Positions 36,059 through 47,275 of a stretch of 64,000 bases of DNA are shown here, piece after piece (position 1 is the first letter of the stretch; the number at the start of each line of letters is the position of its first letter). Both the position numbers and the translations under genes were made by a program. Location of the stretch: NCBI GenBank assembly GCA_047495785.1, contig JBLDXI010000007.1, forward strand, positions 372,001-436,000. Reading direction: 5' to 3'. Below the pieces are notes generated by a model that saw only the letters and a list, made by a program, of their open reading frames with translations, ran no database searches and had not been told where the DNA came from. Source of the stretch: Lepidodermella squamata. Taxonomy: Eukaryota; Animalia; Gastrotricha.

Positions 36059-37895
36059 ATGTCCTCTGCTGCTTCGAATTACATTGCCAATTCATGGCTG
36101 ATCGGAGATGGCCATCACTGCATACTTTTATACCATCAACAACAAAAATCCGAAGTTTTTGCTTTGAGAGATGCGGTAAGTCGTCGTTTTTAATTTAATT
36201 TAAACAATAAACAAAGCTTTGCAGATTCTAACGAAAGGTTTCAAAGTTTGGACAGCCCGAAAGCGTGACTCACTGTTGCCTGGAACAGACCAGCCCGAGT
36301 CCTCGGGAGATGACGAAATCGGGAAATCTCTTATCGTCATCATTTGCTACTCAAATTCATACAAATCTAGTGAATTTTGCAAAGCTGAAGCTATGCGTGC
36401 TGTCATGCTGAAAAAACCGGTCATCCTTGTCCGCATGGAGCCTGGGTAAGGCATTTCATCACTCAGCTTTCATCCAAATATCTGCTTCGTCACAGGGTCC
36501 ATGTTGATGGCTGGCTTTCGATTGCTGTTGGGACTCAAGCCGAAAAATCGCCGCCTATCGACATTTTCCGCCCGGCATCATTCGACCACGTCATCGCAGC
36601 TGTGAAAGCTAAGGTAGAGCATTTACTGGAAAAGCCTGACGAAGAGGATCAGAAGCCGAAAACACCAACAAGCATGGAAGCTGAGGTCAAATCTAAGGTA
36701 AAAACTGACCATTATAGTTTCCATCAAATATTCGAAATTTGAAGGTGAAAGACCTTTGGCAAGCAGTTCAGTTAGGAGATGCCGCAAAAGTCAAGAAGAT
36801 AGTCGAGTCCATTCCAGAAGGTGAGATTTTCATGAAATTTATAGCCATTAAAAACAATTGTGGTCCCGTTCTTCAGGACATTATCGAGAGATGCTGTTAG
36901 AAGCTCGAGGTGACGAAAAATGGTACAATGATACCCCGCTGCTGAGAGCTGCTCGCTGTGGTCGAGCGGAGGCGTTCGAAACTCTGTTGGCAATGGGTTC
37001 AAAACCCAACGCCCACAACAAATTAGGCAACAACGCGCTTCATCTAGCCGCCGGCTACGGCCATATTCCTGTCATTAAAGTTATCCTGAACAAGGGTGTA
37101 ATCGATGTTGAATCCAAGGGACAATGGGGTCGAACTTGTTTACACCACGCCGCGGCTGAGAATCACCAGGAAGCAGTTCGGGTGTTGCTGAAGCACGGGG
37201 CGAATATTGAGGCAAGAGGTGGGCATTTCGAACGAACGCCCCTGGGAATGGCGGCTCATTTCGGGCGAAATGACATCATCAACATTCTATGCGAGGCCGG
37301 CGCTAACGTGATGGCGACTGACGTAGACGGCGAAACTGCTTTACATCTCGCAGCTACTACGGGTAAAACAGACAGCGGCCGGTTGTTGATCACCCGATGG
37401 AAGGCGCTGGTTGAGGCGAAAGATTTCGATAATTGGACACCGTTGTTAACTGCCGCAGCGGAGGGACATGCTGATTTCGTGCGAATGCTGCTCATGGAGC
37501 ATAACGCGAATTTTAAGGCGGCTACCGATCCTGAGGGTCACATTGTCATGCATGTCGCAGCTGAGTTCGGCCATAGCAAGGTGATTAAAACTGTCATTGA
37601 ATATGCGCGGACGGTTCGTGAGATTTTCGGCGAGGCAGATCCGGTTGATCGTTTGGTCAATTGGCAGAATGCCAGGCATGATACGCCGCTGCATGTCGCT
37701 TGCGCCCACGCGTCCTTACCGGCAGTTGAGTTGTTGCTGGAGCTGGGCGCTGATTTTACGGCTCGCAATCAGCACAACGCGACGCCGCTGTCTCTCGCTC
37801 GAGATTTGGCGTCGGAAACAATTGCGCCCGAGCTAGCAGAGGCGGCTGAGTGCGTTATTCATCTTTTGCAATCGAAAGGAGCACCAGAGCTATGA
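36059..37895 (+). CDS. TIR (TIR_2-like) domain plus ankyrin-repeat protein, 5 exons
   Basis: Exons 36059-36175, 36225-36445, 36496-36697, 36745-36820, 36877-37895, all phase-consistent. TIR: HCILLYHQ..GFKVW..SLIVIICYSNSYKSSEFCKAEAMRAVMLKKPVILVRME..DGWL. About eight full ankyrin repeats (TPLLRAA, NALHLAA, TCLHHAA, TPLGMAA, TALHLAA, TPLLTAA, IVMHVAA, TPLHVAC) plus caps. Confidence 0.82.
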
Positions 37896-38273
37896 ATTAT
37901 TACTGTCGGTTTTACAGCAACATTACAACCTATTAGCCACGGCTGCATTTAAAAAAATGGTGTGATGTTTGAAATAAAAAAAATGATGTAAAATTAAAAA
38001 GAAAAAACGGAATAAACGTAATTGCTTCGCGAACCAAGGATTCCGGCAGGTTTGACTATAAGTTCACGGTTATCACCCCATGAAATTCCGAAGCGTGGAA
38101 CTGTGACGGCTTTAAAATGTTCTTTTTCGTTAGGAAATCCTACTTTTCGATTTAACGTAGTTTTAAACTAAGTCAGCAGTCTATTCCGAGGGAGCTACAC
38201 TTAAACCAGTATAGCTCAAGCTATAACCCTGAAGCTCCCACTGTAACCCAGTTTGGTGACTTTTGGCACTGTC

Positions 38274-38460
38274 GTCACACCTATCTATCAGTCGAAGTTT
38301 CATCAAACCTGTAGCCTGAGTAACTCGAATTACAGATATGTGAATATTTAATATTTTCTGGTTTTATTAAATAAATCTCATAACAATACAAAGGGCAGAA
38401 ATCTTAGGAAGATTTCGTCGAGTGCGGTCTAGTAACCCTAGTATCATAACTATAGTATCA
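38274..38460 (-). repeat. LTR-like repeat, copy 1 (diverged direct repeat of 39785-39975)
   Basis: Shared blocks GTCACACCTATCT, ATCAAACCTGTAGC.TGA..AACTCGAAT.ACAGA, TTTATT, AGGGCAGAA, AGTAAC.CT.GTATCAT in the same order and spacing. Confidence 0.55.
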
Positions 38461-38957
38461 TAAAGGTGCTGAACAAACACGATAAGAGATTGAGAGAATC
38501 TTGCCGGTAATTGACTTCGCAGTATTATGGATGAATCATCGATAAATCATATTTCAATGAGATCACGTGAGATGTTAATTGGATTTCGTCTGCCGAGTTA
38601 ATTGGTTTGCTGGTACTTTCATTCGATTTCGATAATTGGTTTCGATAATTGAATTGATAATTGATTTATCGGCATCTTATTTGATTTCTTGACTAACATT
38701 CCAATCGCATGATTCATAATGTACTAAAACTCATTTTCGATGATTGCGCTCTAACCTATTTCGGAAATACGAACAAACAATATTTACATCGGTATCGAAT
38801 CTATAATACCGTGGCAGAACATCAAGTTTATTTGAGTCTCATTTCGATGATACATACAATATTCAATTCTTCGTAGAAGGGTTAAAATATGAATAAAGGT
38901 TATTGGTTGGTGATATAATTCAAGTTGAGATCATTTTTGAATTTTCATCCGAATAAT

Positions 38958-39674
38958 CTAGACGGCTGATGACAATAATGAATCATTATTAGCGTCGAAG
39001 TTGAGTTTGACTGCAGTAGCACAATGGTCACTTCGAAATTTATCTTCGACCGAAGGCGGCTGCGTCAGCATCGGCAGAACAGCTTGATTTGCCAGCCAAA
39101 TATCCAATTGTCGCCCTCGCCCTGTTGCCGAGAAATGAGTCGGTTGGCCGCTGCTAATCAGAGCGTGTCCCTTACGATCAAGCCAACGTACCAAGCTGGT
39201 CCCAGATACGTTTGTTTTGTCGTTTCGTCTAGAGAGTCGTGGATGCCAGCAATTGAGATCGCCAGCGAACAGGCATGGACCATCTTCACCCAAGATAAAT
39301 GTCAGGAAAGAAACGTCAAGGCGGTGACGCGGAGAGCAGTATCCCGTCGCAATAATCAACGAACTCTCGGATTTGCCAACCAATTTTAGTCCCAGCCATT
39401 CGCTGTGTGATGTGTTGTAAGAATAAACTTCTGCAACTCGGATTGAACGTTTGACAGCGATCGCTACGCCACCATAAGCTGAACCTTGTTTAAGTTCTCT
39501 ATCTTCACGAAAAACGACAAAACCTGGTACTTTGAAGCGATCGCTAGAAGATAGCCATGTTTCATTAATCATAACTAAGTCCAAGTCTAGGGATCGGATT
39601 AGAAGGGTGAGCTCGGCTAACCTGCTATTGATTTTTGTGCCGTGACCTTTGTTCCATTGACCTACTGTAAGCAT
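38958..39674 (-). mobile_element. Intact apurinic-like (APE/EEP) endonuclease ORF of a non-LTR retrotransposon, with no reverse transcriptase downstream
   Basis: QWN, NETWL, GGVAIAV, GYCSP, GDLN.WHP, PTH, LDI, RSDH: the L1-EN-type catalytic motifs are all present. TAG follows shortly after the domain. Confidence 0.85.
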
Positions 39675-39784
39675 TTCTTATTATGATGACCTAACCTTAC
39701 TTCGAGCCTTATAAAGCGAAAATGGTCTTCCAGGGCCTTTTATTCATCAATTCCGCTGGACTTGACAAAAAGGCCAGGTTTCAA

Positions 39785-40090
39785 TGTCACACCTATCTGT
39801 TAAAGCAGAGTTATATCAAACCTGTAGCTTGATCAACTCGAATAACAGAAAAAAACAGAAAACAGTCGAATCTGATATTATCTGCTTTATTGCGAACCTC
39901 AAACGTTGACACAGGGCAGAAGTCTATAAAAGGCTCCTTCGATGGTTAGTAGCACAAGTAACTCTCGTATCATCAACCGATTGAAAAGCTTGTTATATAG
40001 GTGGTTTAGCAAGTACAGCTTTTATCTCGCTACCTGGTTAGCTGTTGCGGAATGAAAAATCCAGGGTTTATATAGGCTCCCATATCCAGT
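39785..40090 (-). repeat. LTR-like repeat, copy 2
   Basis: On the minus strand: TATA-like TATATAAA at ~40070, AATAAA at ~39890, terminus ..GGTGTGACA at 39785. Homologous to 38274-38460. Other boundary not found. Confidence 0.5.
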
Positions 40091-40777
40091 ACATTTATGC
40101 TAGAATTGCGTCATAGAAAATCGAGAAAAAATCGGCTATGATTCATATTTATTAAGACGAACATCGATAAGTATTGCGTATCGATTGCGCCGTTATAATG
40201 CCGTTACGTTAAAAATGATTGATTGATACGTCAGCAGTCGATACAGGTGATTTCTATTGCGTATTGAGGTTCGCAATTATCAATTATCGACTCAATTATT
40301 GATAATTGATTACCGGCTCAATTATCGATAATCGATAATCGATAATCACGGAATGCACCATTCGGCATGATACGTACTCGCTCCGCGCCTCAGAAAAAAA
40401 TAAGACTTTTTCAAGGTACAAAGTCCAACTTGCTGATGCTTTATATATTTTTTCGAGGATATGGTAGCTGTATTGGGAATTCCGCAGCTCATGCCGTTCG
40501 AAGTACATCATTGTTGAGTTGTTACTCTGACGATGGTATCAGCGATGGGTTGAATATTGCGCAGCACTGGTATAACGTGCTATAACTTCAAAAATCCTTC
40601 GGTATATCATAGCTTGTGAAAGCAAAAAATGATAAAAACCGATAATAAAAGCCGATCAAACTCATCGAAATCGTTACGCGTGCGGTATTCAAACGGTATT
40701 TTTCCTGTAGCGCTACAGTACAATCTGGTTTTTCCACTCGCCACAGACGTAACTTTATAGACTGCTCACCGGCAATA

Positions 40778-41445
40778 GAAGGGCGTAACGCTTATAATTC
40801 GATGGGCGCCAGACGGTCTGATGATTCATCAGCGGCTTGGAGGTATCGCAAAGTATATTTAGAAAAAACGATACTGCATTGGAACCATAAACAAACGCGA
40901 ATATTTTTTGCCTCACACAAAAGCATATTGTATTTCAGGTATTCAACACGTACAGCAGTCCTCTCAAATCGGTGAAATAGTTCCACAGTCTATTCAAGCC
41001 GGAATATCTTGAACCAATTGGTTGATACAGCTGAAGGAATCTCACTCGCTATAGACTATGGTTCTTGATTTTGGTTTTTTTCAGTTTTATTTCAAAGCTC
41101 ATTTACAAGTACAATGTTACAATGTTACAATATTATAACATTAATATATTAATTACAAATCAGCAATGGACGTCAAGATGAATAAACAGCTTAGATTAAT
41201 AGAATAAATGGTGAATCGGTAAATAGCGATTTGCAATTAATTTATATCAACACCAGCTCGTATCAAGTTGTCAGGTGATCAGGTTGTCAAGTTGTCAAGT
41301 CAGTTGACAGGTGATCATCCAGATGTTCTCTCCAAATGACTCGCACTACTGATCACCCTACTTCTTTGCTGTGAAGCAGTCGCCATTCCAATCCGTTCGG
41401 TTTTATGCGTCGTCTCTCCGAACACCACGTCGTCAACTGTTTTGG
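40778..41445 (-). repeat. Diverged local duplication of 45203-45875 (3' end, 3' UTR and downstream flank of the RBBP6-like gene)
   Basis: Collinear blocks GAAGGGCGTAAC..GGTCTG.TGATTCA, CTATTCAAGC.GGAATATCTTGAACCA, CAAAGCTCATTTACA, TTTGCAATTAATTTATATC, TCATCCAGATGTTCTCTCC..ACCCTACTTCTTTGCT. Confidence 0.85.
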
Positions 41446-41500
41446 CATATCGAGATTTTACTTTTCAGCCATACGCCTCGCAGCGCTCTCGGCGCGATAA
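41315..41500 (-). pseudogene. Last-exon remnant of a second RBBP6-like paralogue
   Basis: Translates ..MAEK*NLDMPKTVDDVVFGETTHKTERIGMATASQQRSRVISSASHLERTSG*, aligning with SKTIDGVMLGMTTLKPERLGFATGSKQRSRVINIANHSERTSG* of 45747-46208. In-frame stop; upstream portion replaced by LINE sequence. Confidence 0.75.
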
Positions 41501-41529
41501 CTTGATGCCACGATGATTCAGGGGGTACA

Positions 41530-42520
41530 ATAACATTTCATAGATATAAAATTTGTATGTAAGTAGACAGTGTGTATAATGTAAAGTTTATAAACAAGAG
41601 ATCATGGTTGATGGTTAGTGTTTGTTTTGATCGTTTTTATGTCGTTTATTCAGTGATCAGCCAATCTCTGGTGTCGAATCGGAGGCGGTAGTCGGGCTTT
41701 GGCAGCTGTCTGATATGCCACGCTGGGCAGCGTTTTTCCAGTTCTGTCGCGATTTTGTCTGTAGCAGTTAAATGAGCGATGTATTCGATATATTTAGCAA
41801 TATTGAGTTCTGCGGCAAGAGTTCGCTCGCCGTAGCGTTGGGTAGCGGTCTCAAACCGCAGGTCAATACCAGTGACGCCGGCGAAGGCGATCAAATCGAT
41901 AGGGTGCGTTTCTTGGGGGAGGTTCAGTAGGGCTCTAAGGGCATAGGCTTGAAGGTCCACAAGGCGACTCAGGGCTGAAGGGCTCATGCAGGACCAGGCC
42001 GGGGCACCATACAGCAACACCGGTTCTATGAGTGTCTGGTAAAATAAAACACAAACTCCTTTTGGCAAATTTTTAGCTCGGCAAAGGCCATACAGAGATC
42101 CGACGGTCTGTCGGATCTTTGACGAGATGACGTCGAGATGCGTCGACCATGAAAGGAGCGGCGTTAGGTGCAGGCCTAGGTACCGAACTTGGGTAACCTG
42201 CGGGATGGCTTGGCCGTACAATCGTAGGTTGACAGTGGGTGGTGTGTTGCCGTAGTGGCCGAAGACGATCGCCTCGCACTTGGCAGGATTGACCTTGAGG
42301 CGCCAGCGGTTGCACCAGCTTTGACTGAAGTAGCACAATGGTCAGTTCGAAATTTATCTTCGACCGAAGGCGGCAGTGTCAGCATCGGCAGAGCGGCTTG
42401 ATTTGCCAGCCAAATATCCAATTGTCGCCCTCGCCCTGTTGCCGAGAAATGAGTCGGTTGGCCGCTGCTAATCAGAGCGTGGGCTTTACGGTTAAGCCAG
42501 CGTACCAGGATGGTCCCAGG
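41530..42520 (-). mobile_element. 5'-truncated, internally deleted non-LTR retrotransposon (Jockey/I-like): endonuclease end joined to post-RT C-terminus and 3' UTR
   Basis: 42323-42519 closely matches 39010-39206 (endonuclease end). It abuts WCNRWRLKVNPAKC..VRYLGLHL..LSW..H..LFYQTLIEPVLLYGAPAW (RT thumb/C-terminal region). The RT catalytic core is missing. Confidence 0.85.
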
Positions 42521-42811
42521 AGCTTGGATTCATTTGAAAGCAAGCAAAATGTACTACCAGGCGTATCATTTTTATTCATTTTGGAGCAGACAGTTATCGT
42601 AAAAATAAGAGAAAAAATGGCACTTTTTTCAATGCATTGGTCTAGACACACGTTGCTTTTAATAAAGCAGAGATTTGATTACTTAGCAGAACGCGACCTT
42701 AGCACCTCGAGATTTTGACAACATTAGAGGATCGAGAGTTTCATAACATCGTAGTAAGATGCAAGCTTCAGGAATCAGCAATTTCAGTCTTCTGAGAACG
42801 TAGTCGATCGA

Positions 42812-44716
42812 TCAATAGTCATCATCATCCTCCTCATCATCGTTGTAAGCTATGATAAGTTTCACGTAAGGCCGCTCCTTATCCAACGGCGTAGCACAGA
42901 ATGGGCAAATGGCGCGGCAAGGCTCTCGAGGCGGTTTGATCTTACTCCAAACTCTACAAAACGAGTCATTCTTAAATAAACCTAATCAAATTTGGGCTAA
43001 TTAGATGACTTACAAAGCGGTTTTCTCGGGAACCATGTGGCCACAAGGGTTAAAGCAATGAGTTGCAGGGAGTCTGTCCAGGAAGAATCTTGGTTCGAGG
43101 GAGAACTGTAGCTTGGTCAGCTTGCCCATCCTCGCGCAATCCTTTACGAGGCACTTCTCCTGAGGAAGCATGGTTCCGTCTTCGCCTCGCCTTCTAGTAA
43201 CAACATGGCCGCATCCCATATAACCTGCCGAAAAAAACCGAGAATTCGGCAATGCTCATGAAAAACTCATAAAATGTTGGAAATCATTATGCTCTAAATA
43301 GGAGATTTATCGCGTTTTCGGTCATTGTCTTCAATCAGGGAAATTAGGTAAAAAAGAATTGTACTTTTCACTTACAGTGAGGATGCTGATCAAGTTCGTC
43401 CTCGGTTAGCGCGTCCGGAGCTGCGTCAAAACTGCGATTTGGGAGACCCAAGGAAATGGCGTCGAATGACACACAGGAAATAATCCTTCGCTGTTTCCTG
43501 CTTGTTCCTGGCGGCTTGTCTGACAATGCATTCCTTAGCCACGCTGTGCTCTGTTAAACATATTTTGAATGACATCATTCGCATCACTTTGGCAACATAC
43601 AAGTTGAGGCGCGTTCAAAGTAGTATGCGATCGCCAGAGTAGCATCAGGCCACATAAATCGATTATCGTCCCGTCTGGTATGTAGTTCGTATCCTCAGTT
43701 GGTTTAGCATTCGGACTCGGCGGTTGGCGAATACTGCCGATTTTGAACATCCGCCCACCGACTGAAACTTCAATCCACTCAGGGTTCCAGGCCTGAATTT
43801 GATCGATAGTAGCGTCCAGCAGCTTGAAATCTTGCGGCGGTCGCAGAACTAGAATTCCGTTTGTAGTAAACCCGTCGTACTGCCCATCACCCAGGTCCAG
43901 AGTGCTGGCGTGCTGGCTCAAAAATATCTGGTCTGCATCGTCAAAAGCAGCAGCGAAAATGCGGGGATTATGAGCGTCGTGATCATCGCCTGGTCGCCGC
44001 ATTGGTTTCCGGTTCACCATAATCCTGGCTGCAAAGCGGGACACGGTTGAGCCACCAACGGGTATCGGAGGCGGCATGTCGACGCAAAAATTTATCTGCA
44101 GAATTTACGAGATTCATAATAACTGAAGTTAAAATTGAAAATGAGGCCTAATCCTAACATAAAAAAGTCGACTACATCTCGACTACATATTCAGCTTTTT
44201 AATTCGATTTGTTCATTATTTTTATAAAAATATTTCTCAAATTTTTTCGAGATGAAATTTTTTCTTTTGGAAGCAATACTTTTATGTTAATAATTTTGAA
44301 ATGCATAATCTGGTTAACTTACTTTTGGGCTTTCAGCTCGGCCAACTTGGAACATATCCTTGCCCAAAACTGCTGTGCACGTCACCTTAATTTTCTTGTC
44401 CCCATGCTCCATGTGAATCTCAGCATCACGTGACTCCGGGTTCCGCGGAGACATCGAGTTGAGTTGCACATTCGCCATAGAAGCCGCTACGTCCGCATTT
44501 TTCGACTGAACGTCGATTCTCGAGGCAATTACTGCAGTTGGATACTCGGCTCGGTACAGCTCCATCAGGTTCTCATGAGCTGGCTGCGCCCCCGACCACA
44601 TGCAGCCATTTGTCCTGTGTAAGTCATCCAAGAGTTCAAACTGAAATAAAATGGTAAAGAAAAACCTACCCTATTACGACTAGCTCGCCGTATTTTAGAC
44701 CGATGTCAGTCTCCAT
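42812..44716 (-). CDS. PELI: Pellino E3 ubiquitin ligase (FHA core plus CHC2CHC2 RING-like domain), ~6 exons, divergent
   Basis: KYGELVVIG/TNG, DMFQVGR, STVSRFAARI, RIFAAAFD..IFL, DGFTTNGILV, W.EVSVGG, DGTIIDLCG.MLLWRS, CGHV..C....C..THCFNPCGHM..KTA..W..CPFCATPL..YVKLI. Confidence 0.92.
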
Positions 44717-45746
44717 GGCACTAAATTGAAATGCTTCCAAAAACTAAGAGGGGCAATACTATCGAGGCGAGCGAACTTAATACGTCGTAGCCATAGATAA
44801 AAAGAAAAGATAGATCTGACACAGTAGTATTTTTATGTGTGCCGAAATGATTCATCACGATTTTTTGCTTTCTTAATCGCGTGACCAGTTTTTCATTTGT
44901 CAAGAGCTCTATAAGTAGTACGGCCAAATCATCGCATCTGACAAGTGATTCAGGGCTTCTATTTCACCCCAATTTATCTCAAATGACCTGTCCTCAAATT
45001 TCGACGGGAAAAATAGGGTATAGAGGTCCAAACTCCAGCTCGTCGCTCATCTAATCCAAATTTCCGGCCGGTGAATAGTTTTCGGTAGAAAAAAATCGAA
45101 AAGAAACACGTTTCTGCACAGTGATTATTATTATTTTTCGAGCAATTTTCAAAAAATTGCCAGATGAATCATGGCGTCAAGTGCAAATTTATGATTGCAG
45201 TTGAAGGGCGTAACACGTATAACTCGATGGACGCCAAACGGTCTGCTGATTCACCAGTGGCTTGGGGGTTGCGAAAAGTATATATCAGGGAAAAAACGAA
45301 ATCGCCTCGGAACCAAGAAAATGCGAATATTTTTGCCTCATACGAATATATTTCATGAATCAGCAGACCATACATAAGGTGCAGCGTTTTCCACGGATCG
45401 GTTTTCCCTTCAGGTTTTTATATCGGTAAAATAGCTCAACAACCTATTCAAGCAGGAATATCTTGAACCAGTTAGCTCAAGAAATCTCACTTGCTAGACT
45501 GGTTCTTGACTTTGGTATTTTAAGTTTTATTGCAAAGCTCATTTACATTTACAATGCTACAATATTATTATAATGTTAACAATATGTTAATTATATTAAT
45601 TGATTAATTAAAAATCAACAATGAAAATCAGACATTAAGATGAATAAAATGAAAGGATGGATCGGTAAATCGGTAGCGGTTTGCAATTAATTTATATCGA
45701 GATACTCCAGCTCGCATGGGTTTTCGAGTCCGTAGGCAGGCGGTCA

Positions 45747-47275
45747 TCATCCAGATGTTCTCTCCGAATGATTCGCAATATTGATAACCCTACTTCTTTG
45801 CTTTGAACCAGTCGCAAAACCAAGGCGTTCGGGTTTAAGCGTAGTCATTCCAAGCATCACACCATCAATTGTTTTGCTGGGTTCTTTTCGGTCCGAATTC
45901 TGTTTTTTTGGGTTGGAACCAGTATAGCTCGCGGTTAATCCGTTCTCAAATTCTGCAATACTGTCACGGATATTGCTATTAGGATAAATGGCTTCCGGCT
46001 TGCATGGTTGCTGACAAGCTGGGCAAAGTTGATGCTGGGAGGTCAGCAGTTCATTGCGGATACATTCGTCGCAATATATGGCCGAACAGCAAGGTAAGGA
46101 AGCAGCAGCTTGGCATAGCTCCTCGCACAACGCGCATAGGAGCTCGGCAGGCGGTTCAACTGTTAAATCAATTATTTTCCGCTCGGTCGTTTTTTCATTA
46201 TAGGCCATCCTAGAAAAGAACGTAGAAAAGGTTAAGAATTGTACTGTACTACTGGTATAGCTTGGATTGTTCGAAATTTATCTAATAGAAAAATTGAAAT
46301 CTACTCACGCTGCAACATCTTCAACCGCATAGAGCCCACATTGGGTTCTCATTGCACCTTTGTAATTGGGTCCATCGACCAAAATCAGCCTCGATTTCGG
46401 AATACCAACTGCTAATTTGATAGGTAGTTCGGCAGCTGTATCGGTTGAATCTGCTCCAATTTTCCGCTTCCGACTATTCTTCGTGGCTTCTTCTACAGTT
46501 ACACATGACTCCATGAAAGGATTCGGAGGTACCAGCTAAAAATAGGAAACACATTCCTTTATAAGAAAGCATCAAAAGACAAGTATCTATCAGCGCATCC
46601 GTTTCTGCACTCGAAGTCGCTCAACGTCATCATCTTTTTTCATCATTTTTTCATTGATTCTTCTGTTGCCTGCATCTCTTTAATTGATTTAGTGGTTTCA
46701 ACCTCTTCAATTTTTTCAAAAGACACGCAACTCTTCGTCACATTTTTTTATTTCTCTTTTTTAGCGAAAATATCAGATAAGTAGCCATCAACATTAACAA
46801 GGTGCGAGAAAGCGGAACAGCCGAAGAATAATATTTTGACAAAAACTTACCAATTTTCGAGAATATCCAGCGTCCGATTGCAATCTGAAAACAGAACATG
46901 ATTTTTAGTAAGACGTGAAGCTGAACAAAATTTATTTGTATTACATTGTATCGACGTTTCCGATGACACGTCGCGAAACAACAACGCTTGAAAGCCGTGA
47001 GATAATATCCCAATCGCCGTATTCTGTAACATGAAGAAATTTTAAGATTGCTGCGATCAGATATTATTTGAGAAAGCTGCCTTACCTTTTGCACCCTGAT
47101 CATTTTGCAGCACGAGCTCGACGTCCCTCGAGCAGCCGATTTTGCGATTGACGGCAATCATTCTCTTCAAATCTTTGCAGAGAATGTAAGGTCCACTGAA
47201 ATGGATCATGCGCGGCGGAGTTGTCGTTGCTTTAATTCTATAGCTGATGTAAGAGGTGAGCTCTGATTCAGCCAT
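45747..47275 (-). CDS. Truncated RBBP6/Mpe1-like paralogue (DWNN plus RING; no zinc knuckle, no RS/Lys-rich tail)
   Basis: DWNN exons ISYRIKA..IHFSG..DLKRMI..ELVLQND / EYGDWDIISRLSSVVVSR; LVPP..AVGIPKSRL..VDGP..KGAMRT..G.YAV; RING PAELLCALC..LPCC..YCDECIR..CPAC..PNSNIR. Confidence 0.75.

Noticed and set aside
39785-41029. A single 1.25-kb TGT...ACA solo LTR
   Set aside because: The right part (from 40778) belongs to the RBBP6-like duplication, so the ACA at 41029 is not a credible LTR end.
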